This document shows positions 7,458 through 17,929 of a stretch of DNA of 24,550 nucleotides, piece by piece (within the stretch, counting starts at the first letter, position 1; every line of letters starts with the position of its first letter). The stretch comes from a virus (Duplodnaviria; Caudoviricetes), in the IMG/VR virus record IMGVR_UViG_3300028844_001876, positions 1-24,550 of that record; one strand, 5' to 3'. The translations under genes and the position numbers were made by a program. The notes under the pieces are model-generated. The model was not told the origin of the DNA and searched no databases. It saw only the letters and a list, made by a program, of their open reading frames with translations.

Positions 7458-7670
7458 CTAGTCACCCATCTTTCTATTTAATTCTAACAGTAATTTTTTT
7501 ATATCCGACACTTCAGATTTTAATGTTTCAAATTCTTCTTCTTTTTCCATTCTTCTTTTTTTAGCTTCTTTAGCAGCACGAATGGATTCAACATCAATAT
7601 TTATTAGTGCAGTAGAATTTGGATCTTTCATAAAAGTTCTATCATCATATACTTGTTTTAAATTTGTCAT
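7458..7670 (-). CDS. Small coiled-coil protein of the type found after VrlC-like genes in T4-like marine phages
   Basis: 70 aa, KDPNSTALIN followed by heptad-like FETLKSEVSDIKKLLLEL; 4-bp overlap with the upstream gene. Confidence 0.75.
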   Translation of the reverse strand: MTNLKQVYDDRTFMKDPNSTALINIDVESIRAAKEAKKRRMEKEEEFETLKSEVSDIKKLLLELNRKMGD

Positions 7671-10600
7671 GTTGCTAACGCTATTGCCCTCAAATCTCTA
7701 ATTACTGGAACTTGACTACTATTTGTAGATTTCAGTACTGCTTTAAATTTAAATTTAGTAAACGACTTATCAGTAAATCCAGTAACACCTCCAATAGTAT
7801 ATGTGTAATCTCTGAAAACTCCAGGATCATTATCTGCAGGCATAAGAGTATCTGGTTCTTGTAAGATCCAAGGTTCTGTAGAATAGTCAACATCACTTAA
7901 ACATGCTTTATAATAAAAATCTATATTTGCAGTAACTGGTCTATTAGCACCTACTATAACTCTTATACCTATTGCGGGTTCAAATAACTCAACAGATTTC
8001 GTAATGTGTTTTGCTGCGGCTGATCCACCAAATGCACTAGTTTCTCTTTCAAACGTAGGTACAGTAACATTCTGATTTAGTGAAGTGTTAATTATGCTTG
8101 TAGAAATTGAATCACTATTGTCAATAATGTTTTCAATCAAATGCATAGAACATCTTTCCAAATCTATTACAGGCGAAACAAAACCATTTGTATTAGTTTC
8201 TGAGTTTAAAGATGCAGTAATAATTGCAGATTTTTTAGATAGTGCAGCCTCTTTTGCAGGACTTGCTATGAGTTGAGGTGCTGGAAAATAATTATTTTTT
8301 CCTATACTAATATTATACCCTGCCGCAGCGGAATTTTGTGTGTATGGAGTTTCTAAACCAGCATAAGATTTGCCAGTCATAGACTGCATTTTATATGAGA
8401 GAGATGTGGAACCTGGTGTCATTGATTGTATTGTAGGCCACATAACATTAAAAGGCGTTTGCTCGGTTGCAACAACTACAGCACCACCAGTATTTAAAAT
8501 TTGAAACACTTGAGGTGTGACTGGAAAAGACGCAAAGCCAGGATTGCTAATACTAGAATTTAAAAAAGTATAACCAGTATAATCAACCGCCGCAATTGTT
8601 TGTGTTCCATTTATCAAACTTGCGTATGTAGCATCTACAACTCCAGATATTGTCACACTATCGCCAACAACAAATCCATGATTAGAATGTTTTACTCTGA
8701 CACTTGTATGATCTTCTGGATTTTCAAATAAAACAATAGGATCAAATTCTAATATTTTGTTAGGCACGTTTGCATTCTTTAAAACCGCAGTGGATGCTGC
8801 AGTAGAAAAATCTGCACGATACAAAGTAAACTTCATATCTTCCCACTGAGATGGTTCCCAAGTTTGACTATTTTGAGATTTAAACAAAGAGCCTAAAAAT
8901 GGTTGTGTATTGATTTTTTTATCTGTTGAACCTAATACATATTCTCCAACTTTTGAGCAGAAAAGTGTGTAATCTGTATTATCTGTGTAACACACGATAG
9001 CGTAAGATGTATTAGGTTTCAAATAAACTGGATATGCAAATTCAAACGTTGTTGGACTAAGTGCGTCATTACTTGTAGCAACTTGAGATGAGGCAAGCGT
9101 TACTTGCGAACCAGGAATAACTTTATTAGAATGGGGATATCCGTTTACCATAGGTCTTAGTTCAACAGAAACAGATTTTGTTGGTGATTTAGTATTAAAG
9201 AATAAATCTACTTTAGTTACGAATGTACCTTGACCTGATGTATTAGAAACTAGAAATGATTGTGCAAGAGGATCAAAGAAACTGCATCCACCTGACCGAA
9301 CAGCTTGTCCTTCATCAGTAACAACGTGGTATCTATTTACGTTTGTTATATCACCTTCAACGTTTAATACGCGAGTTGATTCAATATCTTCTTGCCTAAT
9401 AAACAAGGTCCCAGTTGTTGCATATATTGCAGACGCAACACTTACAGCATCCCTTACATTATCAACGGTAATATCTAACAATCTAAATTCTGTTGCGCCA
9501 GTGGGAAATTTAAGTGTATCTGTTGACGGAATAAAAAATGAACCTTGTAATGTTCCGTGTGCATCAGTTACAAGAGTTGAAGATCCAAATGGGTGCGATA
9601 ATGCATCTTTATGCAAATTTCCATATTCAGTTTGTTTGGTTAAATTATGCTCCACCACAGCCTCTTGTTTTACCCAATCTTTTACATCAACGCCATCATA
9701 GAAAGCAAACATTTGTGTATTTGGTTGTAAGCCTCTTGCTTCAAAATACACTAACTTCGATCTTTGAAAAGGTATGTGGTGAAATGATATTTGTCTATCA
9801 CCTATAATTTCTGTTATAGTTTCGCTGGATACAACTTTATTTACTACTGTACCTGTAGTAATGTAATCTCCAGTTTCTGTTCTTTTGTAATGTCTTTTAG
9901 AAGTTTTTAGCCAACCAGATCGTACCGTCCAGTGGTGCGTATAACTATATGCGCCAACTTCCCGTTTTGTTTCGCCGGTATTTGAATTTGTAGCATCTCC
10001 TATTTGAAGATCATTAATATCTGTTCCGCCCCAATTCCATTCCCATTCATCCCATAATTGCGCGTTATCTGTATTCAATACACTGCCAAGATGAATGACA
10101 TGTGGGGCTATATAATCTGTATTTCGCCAATCATCAGATGATGGAGTAAGTGTTATTTTACCACTGTAAAGTGCTAAGATATATGGATTTACGTTATTTG
10201 TACTTGAACATAGTGCCTGCTTTATCATTTCTACACTGGTATACGATTTAAAAATCATATCACCTTTAACTGTAATATTGCTATTACCAGCGTCTGATGC
10301 ATCATAATAAAGACCAGAATTTTTAACATTAACACTAGGTCTAGCAAATCCACCTGCAGGATCTACCGATGCTCTGTGATCAGGAGAAAGTGTATCGGTA
10401 AAAGTTTGATCAGAAAAATCATCTGCAACAAAGCCACTTCGGGTTCTTGGATTACCATTAGCATCTAAAACATCAATACTTTTTGTATCAAGTTCTAATA
10501 AAGAAAGTGAAACAGCATCTTCAACTCTGTTTATTCTATTTTCTATTTTTCCAATATCGCGCATTGTATAACGTTTATTATCAACTATATTATAAGAAAC

Positions 10601-12979
10601 ATCTTGTTCATCAAGCGTAAATGGATTAACTCTTAAACGATATAGTTCCATAGACCTGGCAGGAACAGAAGGATATATAGGTTCAAAAGAAGGTGTTCCT
10701 TCAATATATTTTAATTCGCCGTTTTCTTGAATAACAAGTCTATCGTATCTAGGTAAATAATATTCACTATCACTTTCAACTGTTACGGCGTTTTTAGGAA
10801 TAGGTATATAATTAGCTGATGCATGTGAAAATGTACCATCCGTTCCTTTTTTAGGTCTAAAATCTAAATAGCTTTGCAAAGATACTGTCTGACCATTTTC
10901 TTTTGTGTAACTTGGAATATCTTTATATGTAAATCCTGTTCCTCCATATGAATTGGGAACAATAATATCACCGCCACTAATATCAAAGTAATCAAAGTCC
11001 ACATATATTACAGAAGCAGCAACTTTTTTACCTGATTTTAATCTTAATCGACTCATATCATAGAATGCATCTTTACAGCCATCATCAAGTTCAAATGACT
11101 GGCTACAATCTGATCCAGATGCACTTGTTAATCTTATCGAATTTATTTTATTAACGTGAAATTCATTTAGATCAATACCCGCACCACCATAAGAAAATGT
11201 GGCTTTAGTATTTCTAAGAGTTTTAGTTGCAATCGTTGGCGCAGAATTTACAACATATGCAATAATCGTTAATGTATCCGCTGCCGTAATAACAGTACTT
11301 GCAGTAATATTTACTGATGCGCCAGATGATACTAATGCAGTTGTAGCACCCGTGTCCAAAACTCCATTTTTATAAATTAACCAATTATCTTTATCTGTGA
11401 AAGTAAAATCTGATCCACCGGAAGATATAGATACCGAAGTACTGCCACTACCTACCACGCTTTTCGTTAGTTGTTGAGTAATTGAAATATTATTAGCAGC
11501 CTTCATTCTATAATATGTCGTAGGAACTAATAAACATTTTTCTTGGGTTCTGTGTATAATACTTGCGGATCTTTGTCGTAAAATATTACCAAATTTATCA
11601 ACATCACTACCTATGCTTAAACAATGTTCTCCAAAAGTTTTTGTATTGTCTGTAATTATAATATCAAAGATATAGAGTTTATACTCTGCACCGAAATCTG
11701 CATGATTAGTATAACTAGAGCCTGATCTACTATAATTTTCTATAGCCCTGACCCTACATGTGCCTATTGTTGAACCAGTATGACCTTCACCAGTTCTTAA
11801 ATTTAAAGTTCCTAATGTTTGAATATCAGGCATAAGTCTAAGAGTCTCTCCTGCAGGAACAGTCAATAGAACATAGTGACCATAACCTACACCAGTATTA
11901 TCATTTGGTACAATCTCAGATGTTTGGGATTTATTTATATCTAAGAAGGTAGGAACTGTCTTTTCAATTCTATATCCATTAACATAAGCTGTTGCTGGCG
12001 AAACTCTTATTTTTAATTTCGTATCTGTTGTATGTGATGTAAATTGAACATGAAAAGGATTTACTGTATAATCTCCAGATTCTTCATCCGTTCGTTTTGC
12101 AATCAAATCGTTTATTCTATTATATCCATCTTCACCTGTTACTCTATGAACGATATTGGAATTTTCTACCTTTGCAGCATAAACAAATGTTTGATTTGCT
12201 GTAATTGCGTCCTCTGTAGTGAGAGTGAGTTGTATTCTAAATCTATCTGCACCGGGAGCAGTAAAATTTGGATTCACACCTTGATTATCATAAATGCTAT
12301 TATCGTCTGCAGGTGTAACAATATCTTGGGTTACTAAAAATCCTACAGTTTTTGTAATTGATGATGTATACTTAGATATGATCAAATGTTGTAAAGGCGC
12401 ATGGACAAAAAATCCATTAGTGAAAAAATCAGCTTCGCCAAAAGAAATTCTAGTTCCCATTCCAACTGCTGGATTTAATGTTGTGTTTGTTGTCTGTACT
12501 GTCAATTTTGTAACACCTTGAACTTCACTCAATTCTTCACCAGGAGTTAAAGCAATTGAAGTTGTTCCTGCTGTTGCTGTTGATGTATCAAGGTATTGGA
12601 TATAAATTGTTGCAGGATCGCCGTCAACTGCAGGTAAAACTTCTAAGATTTGTACGGTAATGCCAGAGGTTTGACCAGTAAAAGATTTTCCCACTAAATC
12701 ATTAAATCCTGTTGGCAAAGCATTAATCGAAGTATCTAACTTAGCGAAACGATACTTAGCATTAATGAAAATACCACCAGGAGAAATTGCAGCACCTTCT
12801 TTAAAGATGTTTTTACCAAATCTGGTTATACCTTCTTGAATAATTGTTTGAAGCTGTGTTAATTCCCTAGCTTGCAAAGCCTTTTTATTATTAAAAAGGA
12901 TTCTATGAAAGCTTTTAGTTTCATCATAATCATCTTTGTAATCACTTGCAAATGTATTTGTCGTGTAGGTCTTTACCAT
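7667..12979 (-). CDS. Large virion structural protein, VrlC/DUF4815-like (baseplate-associated)
   Basis: 1770 aa; YKDDYDETKSFHRILF...LQARELTQLQTIIQ, APGADR, RTDEESGDYTVNPF, NKRYTMRDIGKIENRI, DPLAQSF, GSLFKSQN...W...EDMKFTLYRADF, terminal VPVIRDLRAIALA; directly downstream of gp8. Confidence 0.85.
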   Translation of the reverse strand: MVKTYTTNTFASDYKDDYDETKSFHRILFNNKKALQARELTQLQTIIQEGITRFGKNIFKEGAAISPGGIFINAKYRFAKLDTSINALPTGFNDLVGKSFTGQTSGITVQILEVLPAVDGDPATIYIQYLDTSTATAGTTSIALTPGEELSEVQGVTKLTVQTTNTTLNPAVGMGTRISFGEADFFTNGFFVHAPLQHLIISKYTSSITKTVGFLVTQDIVTPADDNSIYDNQGVNPNFTAPGADRFRIQLTLTTEDAITANQTFVYAAKVENSNIVHRVTGEDGYNRINDLIAKRTDEESGDYTVNPFHVQFTSHTTDTKLKIRVSPATAYVNGYRIEKTVPTFLDINKSQTSEIVPNDNTGVGYGHYVLLTVPAGETLRLMPDIQTLGTLNLRTGEGHTGSTIGTCRVRAIENYSRSGSSYTNHADFGAEYKLYIFDIIITDNTKTFGEHCLSIGSDVDKFGNILRQRSASIIHRTQEKCLLVPTTYYRMKAANNISITQQLTKSVVGSGSTSVSISSGGSDFTFTDKDNWLIYKNGVLDTGATTALVSSGASVNITASTVITAADTLTIIAYVVNSAPTIATKTLRNTKATFSYGGAGIDLNEFHVNKINSIRLTSASGSDCSQSFELDDGCKDAFYDMSRLRLKSGKKVAASVIYVDFDYFDISGGDIIVPNSYGGTGFTYKDIPSYTKENGQTVSLQSYLDFRPKKGTDGTFSHASANYIPIPKNAVTVESDSEYYLPRYDRLVIQENGELKYIEGTPSFEPIYPSVPARSMELYRLRVNPFTLDEQDVSYNIVDNKRYTMRDIGKIENRINRVEDAVSLSLLELDTKSIDVLDANGNPRTRSGFVADDFSDQTFTDTLSPDHRASVDPAGGFARPSVNVKNSGLYYDASDAGNSNITVKGDMIFKSYTSVEMIKQALCSSTNNVNPYILALYSGKITLTPSSDDWRNTDYIAPHVIHLGSVLNTDNAQLWDEWEWNWGGTDINDLQIGDATNSNTGETKREVGAYSYTHHWTVRSGWLKTSKRHYKRTETGDYITTGTVVNKVVSSETITEIIGDRQISFHHIPFQRSKLVYFEARGLQPNTQMFAFYDGVDVKDWVKQEAVVEHNLTKQTEYGNLHKDALSHPFGSSTLVTDAHGTLQGSFFIPSTDTLKFPTGATEFRLLDITVDNVRDAVSVASAIYATTGTLFIRQEDIESTRVLNVEGDITNVNRYHVVTDEGQAVRSGGCSFFDPLAQSFLVSNTSGQGTFVTKVDLFFNTKSPTKSVSVELRPMVNGYPHSNKVIPGSQVTLASSQVATSNDALSPTTFEFAYPVYLKPNTSYAIVCYTDNTDYTLFCSKVGEYVLGSTDKKINTQPFLGSLFKSQNSQTWEPSQWEDMKFTLYRADFSTAASTAVLKNANVPNKILEFDPIVLFENPEDHTSVRVKHSNHGFVVGDSVTISGVVDATYASLINGTQTIAAVDYTGYTFLNSSISNPGFASFPVTPQVFQILNTGGAVVVATEQTPFNVMWPTIQSMTPGSTSLSYKMQSMTGKSYAGLETPYTQNSAAAGYNISIGKNNYFPAPQLIASPAKEAALSKKSAIITASLNSETNTNGFVSPVIDLERCSMHLIENIIDNSDSISTSIINTSLNQNVTVPTFERETSAFGGSAAAKHITKSVELFEPAIGIRVIVGANRPVTANIDFYYKACLSDVDYSTEPWILQEPDTLMPADNDPGVFRDYTYTIGGVTGFTDKSFTKFKFKAVLKSTNSSQVPVIRDLRAIALAT

Positions 12980-12991
12980 CTAATTATTTCC

Positions 12992-14392
12992 TTATGTACA
13001 TCTATCAAGTCTAATGACAACTTTTATATCTTCTGTTTGATTAGGAACTCTTATAATAGGTGCCCTATTATCAATATATAATACGTCACCACTATAAGGA
13101 TTGACTTCAGGTTTCATTCTTTCACTATTACTATCTGTATGTATAGTGCCTGATCCAGTACCACCTTCTTCAGATATTGGTTCGCCAACTCTGAAATCTA
13201 AATATCCTGTGGAATCGTTTTGGTGATAGAATATCTTGGTGTTATCACTTGATAAATTATCAATGAACGCTTTTGCTCCGCTTGAATCTCCTGTCACAAG
13301 TCTATCTTTTGTAAAGTTTGGACTTTGTGCGGATAATTTCATATGAAATAGTGCTTGTCCAGTATTATCTGTAAAGTCCACTCCTGAAGTTCCTAAAGAA
13401 TCTTTCATATTTGCAAGTAATCCTACCTGCCTAAAATCTTGAGTCGTAATAAAATCAGTATTGCTTCCAGGAACTTTCACGTTTAACATCATATGTTGAG
13501 ATTTTAAATCTTGTACTGCGTTTGCTCCAATACCTTTTGCTGATGAAAATACCGGTCGTATGGTTGCTCCAGTACCTGTGCCATGTACCGTAGTGAGTAC
13601 TGCTCCTCTCAAACCTTGTCTTGAATGAATAGTACTTGAGTCGTTGTTGTATTCAACTTTTTTGATTGCTCCGCCATCGGTCTTAACTGTTGCACTATGA
13701 TACACGGTTCCATTAATTGCCACTTTACAACTGTCTGTGAAATTACTTCCACCATTACCACTATCGACAATAAATGAGACCAAATGTTGTCGTTTTGCAG
13801 TAGTTTGAATTTCAAATTGTTTTAATTCTATTCCTGTTGAATTTGAATCTGTAGACTCTTGAAATCTTACAGGCATAAAATTCTTTGTCAAATAATAGTT
13901 TGCATCAAGTGCCGACACAGTATAGAGAAATTTCCACACATAACCATCACTAGTTTCAAAAGGATGATTATTTGAACCCGTTGGTTCAACAGTAGATCCT
14001 TGTTTTCCATATGGCGCGGTATCTGATCTACCAGTTCTTAGACAAATATAAACTCCATGATTTAAAGTTAAAACGTAAAATGGAGTTGCGGCGGTATAAT
14101 CTTCTAGTTTTTTCTTATCATCATATTGTTCATAAGTTGTACCTGAAGTCCAATTATGTCTAGGAACAACGTGAGATGCACTATTGACGCGGGCAATACC
14201 CTGTAAAGAATTTCTAAAATCGTTTTCTTCTTTAGTAGTTGGAACAGCATTAGGTGCTGAATCTAATGAATTGAACCAAGGCTCTGCTCTTGAAAGACCG
14301 ACATAAAAAGCAGGACTCGCTCCCGAATTAATTTTAGTTAAGAGAGGATCAATTATCTCTTTTTTTAAATTTTCTGTTGCTATTGATGCCAT
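12992..14392 (-). CDS. gp8: Baseplate wedge subunit, T4 gp8-like
   Basis: VVPRHNWTSGTTYEQYDD, FYVLT...VYICL, DGYVWKFLY, terminal YSGDVLYIDNRAPIIR...QTEDIKVVI; synteny gp6-gp7-gp8. Confidence 0.88.
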   Translation of the reverse strand: MASIATENLKKEIIDPLLTKINSGASPAFYVGLSRAEPWFNSLDSAPNAVPTTKEENDFRNSLQGIARVNSASHVVPRHNWTSGTTYEQYDDKKKLEDYTAATPFYVLTLNHGVYICLRTGRSDTAPYGKQGSTVEPTGSNNHPFETSDGYVWKFLYTVSALDANYYLTKNFMPVRFQESTDSNSTGIELKQFEIQTTAKRQHLVSFIVDSGNGGSNFTDSCKVAINGTVYHSATVKTDGGAIKKVEYNNDSSTIHSRQGLRGAVLTTVHGTGTGATIRPVFSSAKGIGANAVQDLKSQHMMLNVKVPGSNTDFITTQDFRQVGLLANMKDSLGTSGVDFTDNTGQALFHMKLSAQSPNFTKDRLVTGDSSGAKAFIDNLSSDNTKIFYHQNDSTGYLDFRVGEPISEEGGTGSGTIHTDSNSERMKPEVNPYSGDVLYIDNRAPIIRVPNQTEDIKVVIRLDRCT

Positions 14393-14405
14393 GTCAATTT
14401 CCTGT

Positions 14406-15554
14406 TTATATTAATGTGTCTTTTAATTTGTTTATAGTTTTACGATCAATATCCGAGATAAGACTACTTTTTATATGATGTACTGGTTCATTACTATTTA
14501 TACCACCACAAGCGACATATTCTAAAATACTTCTGAACCTAGGTGCACCCACATAGTTTCCTCCAATTAAAGTACTACTATCTTCCATAACCCAATCTTG
14601 AATAAGTACATTGCCTATAGAATCTGATGCTGTCCAAGTTCCATTATAACCCCAACTATCTTGTGATGAAAACATTTCAGTTAACGGAGTTGATGTATCT
14701 ACGTTCTTGAGTGTGTGTTCTGATCCAAAATCTATTATACTTCCAATGCCAGAATCTAAAGTTAACCATTTACTACTATCATAATCCGAAAAACTCCAAG
14801 GTGAAGTGTATACGCTGTCTTCCATATAAATTGGTGTGATACCTCTATACTCTGCTACACTAATGCAGGGTATTATCTCACCGCCAATTCTTGCAATATC
14901 AAATCCGCTATCTATATTTAAGTCAGGATCTATATAGGGTTTTGGTTCAAATGCATTAACTTTTGTACTTCTATCTTCATTTTCAATTCGCATCTCTGCG
15001 GATAAAAAGAATCCTGCAGGATGAACAAATCTTTTATAAAAATCTTGATACGCACCTAAAGATATGTCAGATTTTATAAAAATCGACAATACTTGATATA
15101 CTTCACCATCTTGTAAAATCTTTTGTGATTCATGTCCTATGAATGATGCAGAATCGCCAATCGTAAAAATATCATTTTTTGGATATAATATTTCAGCATC
15201 ATTGTTATTATAGAACGCTCTGAAAAATCCTTCGGCAGAATACAGCGATCCTTTAACTCTAAAGAATTTAGCAAAGTTTCTTAAAACTTCTCTAGGTTCA
15301 GTAAAAAATTGTTGGCCAACACCAAGAGCCATTTCCCCAAACATATTATCTAAGTATTCTAGCTTTGTGGATTCTATATCTCTAATATCAATCAAATCTT
15401 TTATGAGAGAGCCAACCTGACCATCAGAATCCATATAAGAATAGTATTCATCTATGAAAGTAATCAACTTTGGATAGCTTGTAGCAAAATGCTCAGGTAA
15501 AACCTGTGTAACTAAATCCGGTCGTATGATTTGATTTATTCTATTTTCTCTCAT
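14406..15554 (-). CDS. gp7: Baseplate wedge initiator, gp7-like (short form)
   Basis: LPEHFATSYPKLITFIDEYYSYM, IRDIEST, FFRVKGSLYSAEGFFRAFY, VHPAGFF; located between gp6 and gp8. Confidence 0.72.
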   Translation of the reverse strand: MRENRINQIIRPDLVTQVLPEHFATSYPKLITFIDEYYSYMDSDGQVGSLIKDLIDIRDIESTKLEYLDNMFGEMALGVGQQFFTEPREVLRNFAKFFRVKGSLYSAEGFFRAFYNNNDAEILYPKNDIFTIGDSASFIGHESQKILQDGEVYQVLSIFIKSDISLGAYQDFYKRFVHPAGFFLSAEMRIENEDRSTKVNAFEPKPYIDPDLNIDSGFDIARIGGEIIPCISVAEYRGITPIYMEDSVYTSPWSFSDYDSSKWLTLDSGIGSIIDFGSEHTLKNVDTSTPLTEMFSSQDSWGYNGTWTASDSIGNVLIQDWVMEDSSTLIGGNYVGAPRFRSILEYVACGGINSNEPVHHIKSSLISDIDRKTINKLKDTLI

Positions 15555-15555
15555 T

Positions 15556-17418
15556 TTATCTTGTGCCTAGCGAAATCTTAGTTTCATCATTTTCTATATT
15601 ACCAAACACTTTTAATTGACCAATATCTAATGTTATGACGTAATTTCTAAGAGGTGTAACTATACTCTGATCATTAGGTATTGCAGTGACTTTAATATAA
15701 TTAACACCACCTTGAATTGCACCTGGATTAAAGCCTGTCAATTCTACAGTACCTAAAGATGGATTGTAAGAACCTATATTAGATGCTGTTATTGCAGACG
15801 TAGTTACATTAACGATTTCTATATTTGTACGGTTGAAAGAATTTCTAAAGAACGACATTTCATTATTAAAACTAAATTGACTTGATACTATCGAACTTTG
15901 ATTTGTAGATGGAGAAGCTATAGTTACAGGAAAATTAATTGTATATGAATTTGTTGAGCCTAGGGCTGGTAGAAATCTTTGTTGCATCTTTACGTCCATC
16001 TTTGAACTTAAAATTGCTTGATCTAAATCATCTATTCCCGTAAGAATTGCTGATCTACGAAATACATTGTTAAATTTATTCAAATTAAGAGTAAAATAAT
16101 TTGCAATGAATGCACTTACCATAGTTTTTAATTCAGACAGTGTTTTTGAAGTAAGACCTTGATTATAGTAAAATTCTGAACTTATCTCTAAATATGTTTC
16201 ATATGGTTCAACAAATTCATTTCCTATGGACATAATAGATAAGTTTTTAGTGAAATTAGTTGTTATCTGATTCTTAATTGTAGTTTTTACACTATCTAAA
16301 GTACCATCTGGAAATTTAAGTGATATAAAAACTTTACCATAATCTACAGGAATATTATCTTGACCACCCCAAACGGCAACGTCGGTCACTAGAGGAAAGT
16401 TTGATTGGATCATTCCTTTATAATCAAGTGGCGTGACAAGTCTTTGTTGTGCAGAAAATTGTATAGGAGCCAGTTTGCGAATTGATTCCAGAGACTCTTT
16501 GTCGCTACCGCCAATGGATTCTGTTTCAGAAGTAACATTGATATCATATTCTTCACCATTTGCCAAAGTTAATTTACTTACAGGTGTGTAGAACGTGGAT
16601 CCATTTGCATTTTCACCATCTACAGAATCATAAGTAACAACTACTTTACTACCAGCATTAGGCGTTTTACCGAATGATGTACCATCACCAAAATTAATTT
16701 CATAATATCCATTTGGAGATTCTTTTATGTCAAAATAAGTTGATGTTGCATCAACTGCAATTGCTTTCTGTAAAAATGTGTAAGTTTCAAATGTAGTACT
16801 ACTTACTGAAGGAAAAACATTTACTACAACACTGCTAGTATCTAAATTTTCATCTGGTATAACATATATCTGATCTTCTTTTACGCTATCGATCAGAAAA
16901 GTTTTGGTCTTTTGCGTGCCCTGATAAACCAATACATCTTCTGAACCCGCTGCAGATTTAAATTTATAGATGTTTGCATCGTTTGTAGCAACATAAGTTT
17001 CTCTTGTTTTAAACGTATAAGAAGTAGTTTGATTAGATGCAGTAAATGTAGTTCCCAAAGGTAATGTAATTGTTGATGGAAAACTACTGGCACCAGATAA
17101 GTTCAAATTAAGTTTAATTGAAGCATTTGATGAAACTTTTGATCTAGGTCTATATCCTAAAGCTTCAGCATGTGATACTACAGATGATCTTAATTGTGCG
17201 GTATTTAAAAAAGATTCATTTGTAGCAAAATTTGCTATTAAAGCATTAAAGTGTGTATTATAAGCTAATACATCCAGAAGATTATTTAGTCCCGCACCTT
17301 CAAAATTGTAATCTTTAAATTCTGCTTTTGGACTATTAGTGGGTCCTTCAAAATAAACTTTAAGCGCAGATTTAATATTTTCAAAATCTAGTTGAGTCGA
17401 TGTAATATTTGTTGCCAT
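15556..17418 (-). CDS. gp6: Baseplate wedge subunit, T4 gp6-like
   Basis: LDFENIKSALK, FKDYNFEGAGLNNLLDVLAYNTHFNA, ESFLNTAQLRSSVVSHAEALGYRPRS, YEINFGDG, QQRLVTPLDY, YGKVFIS. Confidence 0.95.
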   Translation of the reverse strand: MATNITSTQLDFENIKSALKVYFEGPTNSPKAEFKDYNFEGAGLNNLLDVLAYNTHFNALIANFATNESFLNTAQLRSSVVSHAEALGYRPRSKVSSNASIKLNLNLSGASSFPSTITLPLGTTFTASNQTTSYTFKTRETYVATNDANIYKFKSAAGSEDVLVYQGTQKTKTFLIDSVKEDQIYVIPDENLDTSSVVVNVFPSVSSTTFETYTFLQKAIAVDATSTYFDIKESPNGYYEINFGDGTSFGKTPNAGSKVVVTYDSVDGENANGSTFYTPVSKLTLANGEEYDINVTSETESIGGSDKESLESIRKLAPIQFSAQQRLVTPLDYKGMIQSNFPLVTDVAVWGGQDNIPVDYGKVFISLKFPDGTLDSVKTTIKNQITTNFTKNLSIMSIGNEFVEPYETYLEISSEFYYNQGLTSKTLSELKTMVSAFIANYFTLNLNKFNNVFRRSAILTGIDDLDQAILSSKMDVKMQQRFLPALGSTNSYTINFPVTIASPSTNQSSIVSSQFSFNNEMSFFRNSFNRTNIEIVNVTTSAITASNIGSYNPSLGTVELTGFNPGAIQGGVNYIKVTAIPNDQSIVTPLRNYVITLDIGQLKVFGNIENDETKISLGTR

Positions 17419-17888
17419 TATCTTAACCTTGATAGTGTTGTTTCTATTGTTTCTGTAGTATTAGTATTTAAGACTTTGAAAACTAGCCTTACAAAACATG
17501 AATTTTGATCAGGTTTCAAAGAAACTTGTAAATTTAAAATAGCAATTCTTGGCTCATATATTTCCAGAGCGTCTTGAATTTGCGATTCAATATCAGAAGA
17601 TGTAGTACCATCTACAAGATCAAATAAAAGACCTGTTACATTTGCCCCAAAAAATGGTTCAAATGGCTTTTCAAAATTATTTGTTCTTAATATATTTCCT
17701 ACAGACTGTTTTACCGAAGCTGCATCCGTCTTTTTAAAAATATCACGCCTTACTTCATTAGTATTTTTTGGATTAGTGGACTTAGGTGTAAACGATAAGT
17801 CTATATCCGAATAAGAATTTATGTTACGGGTTACCGTAACATTTGAGGATAAATCCCTATCTTCTAAAGCTAGATTTTTTACTACCAT
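17418..17888 (-). CDS. gp25: Baseplate wedge subunit, T4 gp25-like
   Basis: YSDIDLSF, SVKQSVGNILRTNNFEKPFEPFFGANV, ALEIYEPRI; adjacent to gp6. Confidence 0.93.
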   Translation of the reverse strand: MVVKNLALEDRDLSSNVTVTRNINSYSDIDLSFTPKSTNPKNTNEVRRDIFKKTDAASVKQSVGNILRTNNFEKPFEPFFGANVTGLLFDLVDGTTSSDIESQIQDALEIYEPRIAILNLQVSLKPDQNSCFVRLVFKVLNTNTTETIETTLSRLR

Positions 17889-17915
17889 TTTTTTGTCTCT
17901 TTTTATTCTTAATTC

Positions 17916-17923
17916 TATTTATA
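17916..17923 (-). promoter_or_regulatory. T4-type late promoter TATAAATA
   Basis: Exact TATAAATA on the minus strand in the 41-bp intergenic gap, 27 nt upstream of the gp25 ATG. Confidence 0.75.
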
Positions 17924-17929
17924 TGATTT

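Noticed and set aside
9240-9330. Possible intein near GGCSFFDPLAQSF in the VrlC-like protein
   Set aside because: No Hint-domain blocks, no terminal HN motif and no extra length at this position.
2017-14502. Other TATAAATA octamers at 2017-2024, 11932-11939 and 14495-14502
   Set aside because: Intragenic and expected by chance in AT-rich DNA; only the intergenic copy before gp25 is called with confidence.
13609-17093. Short alternative-frame minus ORFs 13609-13815 and 16893-17093
   Set aside because: Fully nested in gp8 and gp6 in another frame, with no motifs; expected by chance.
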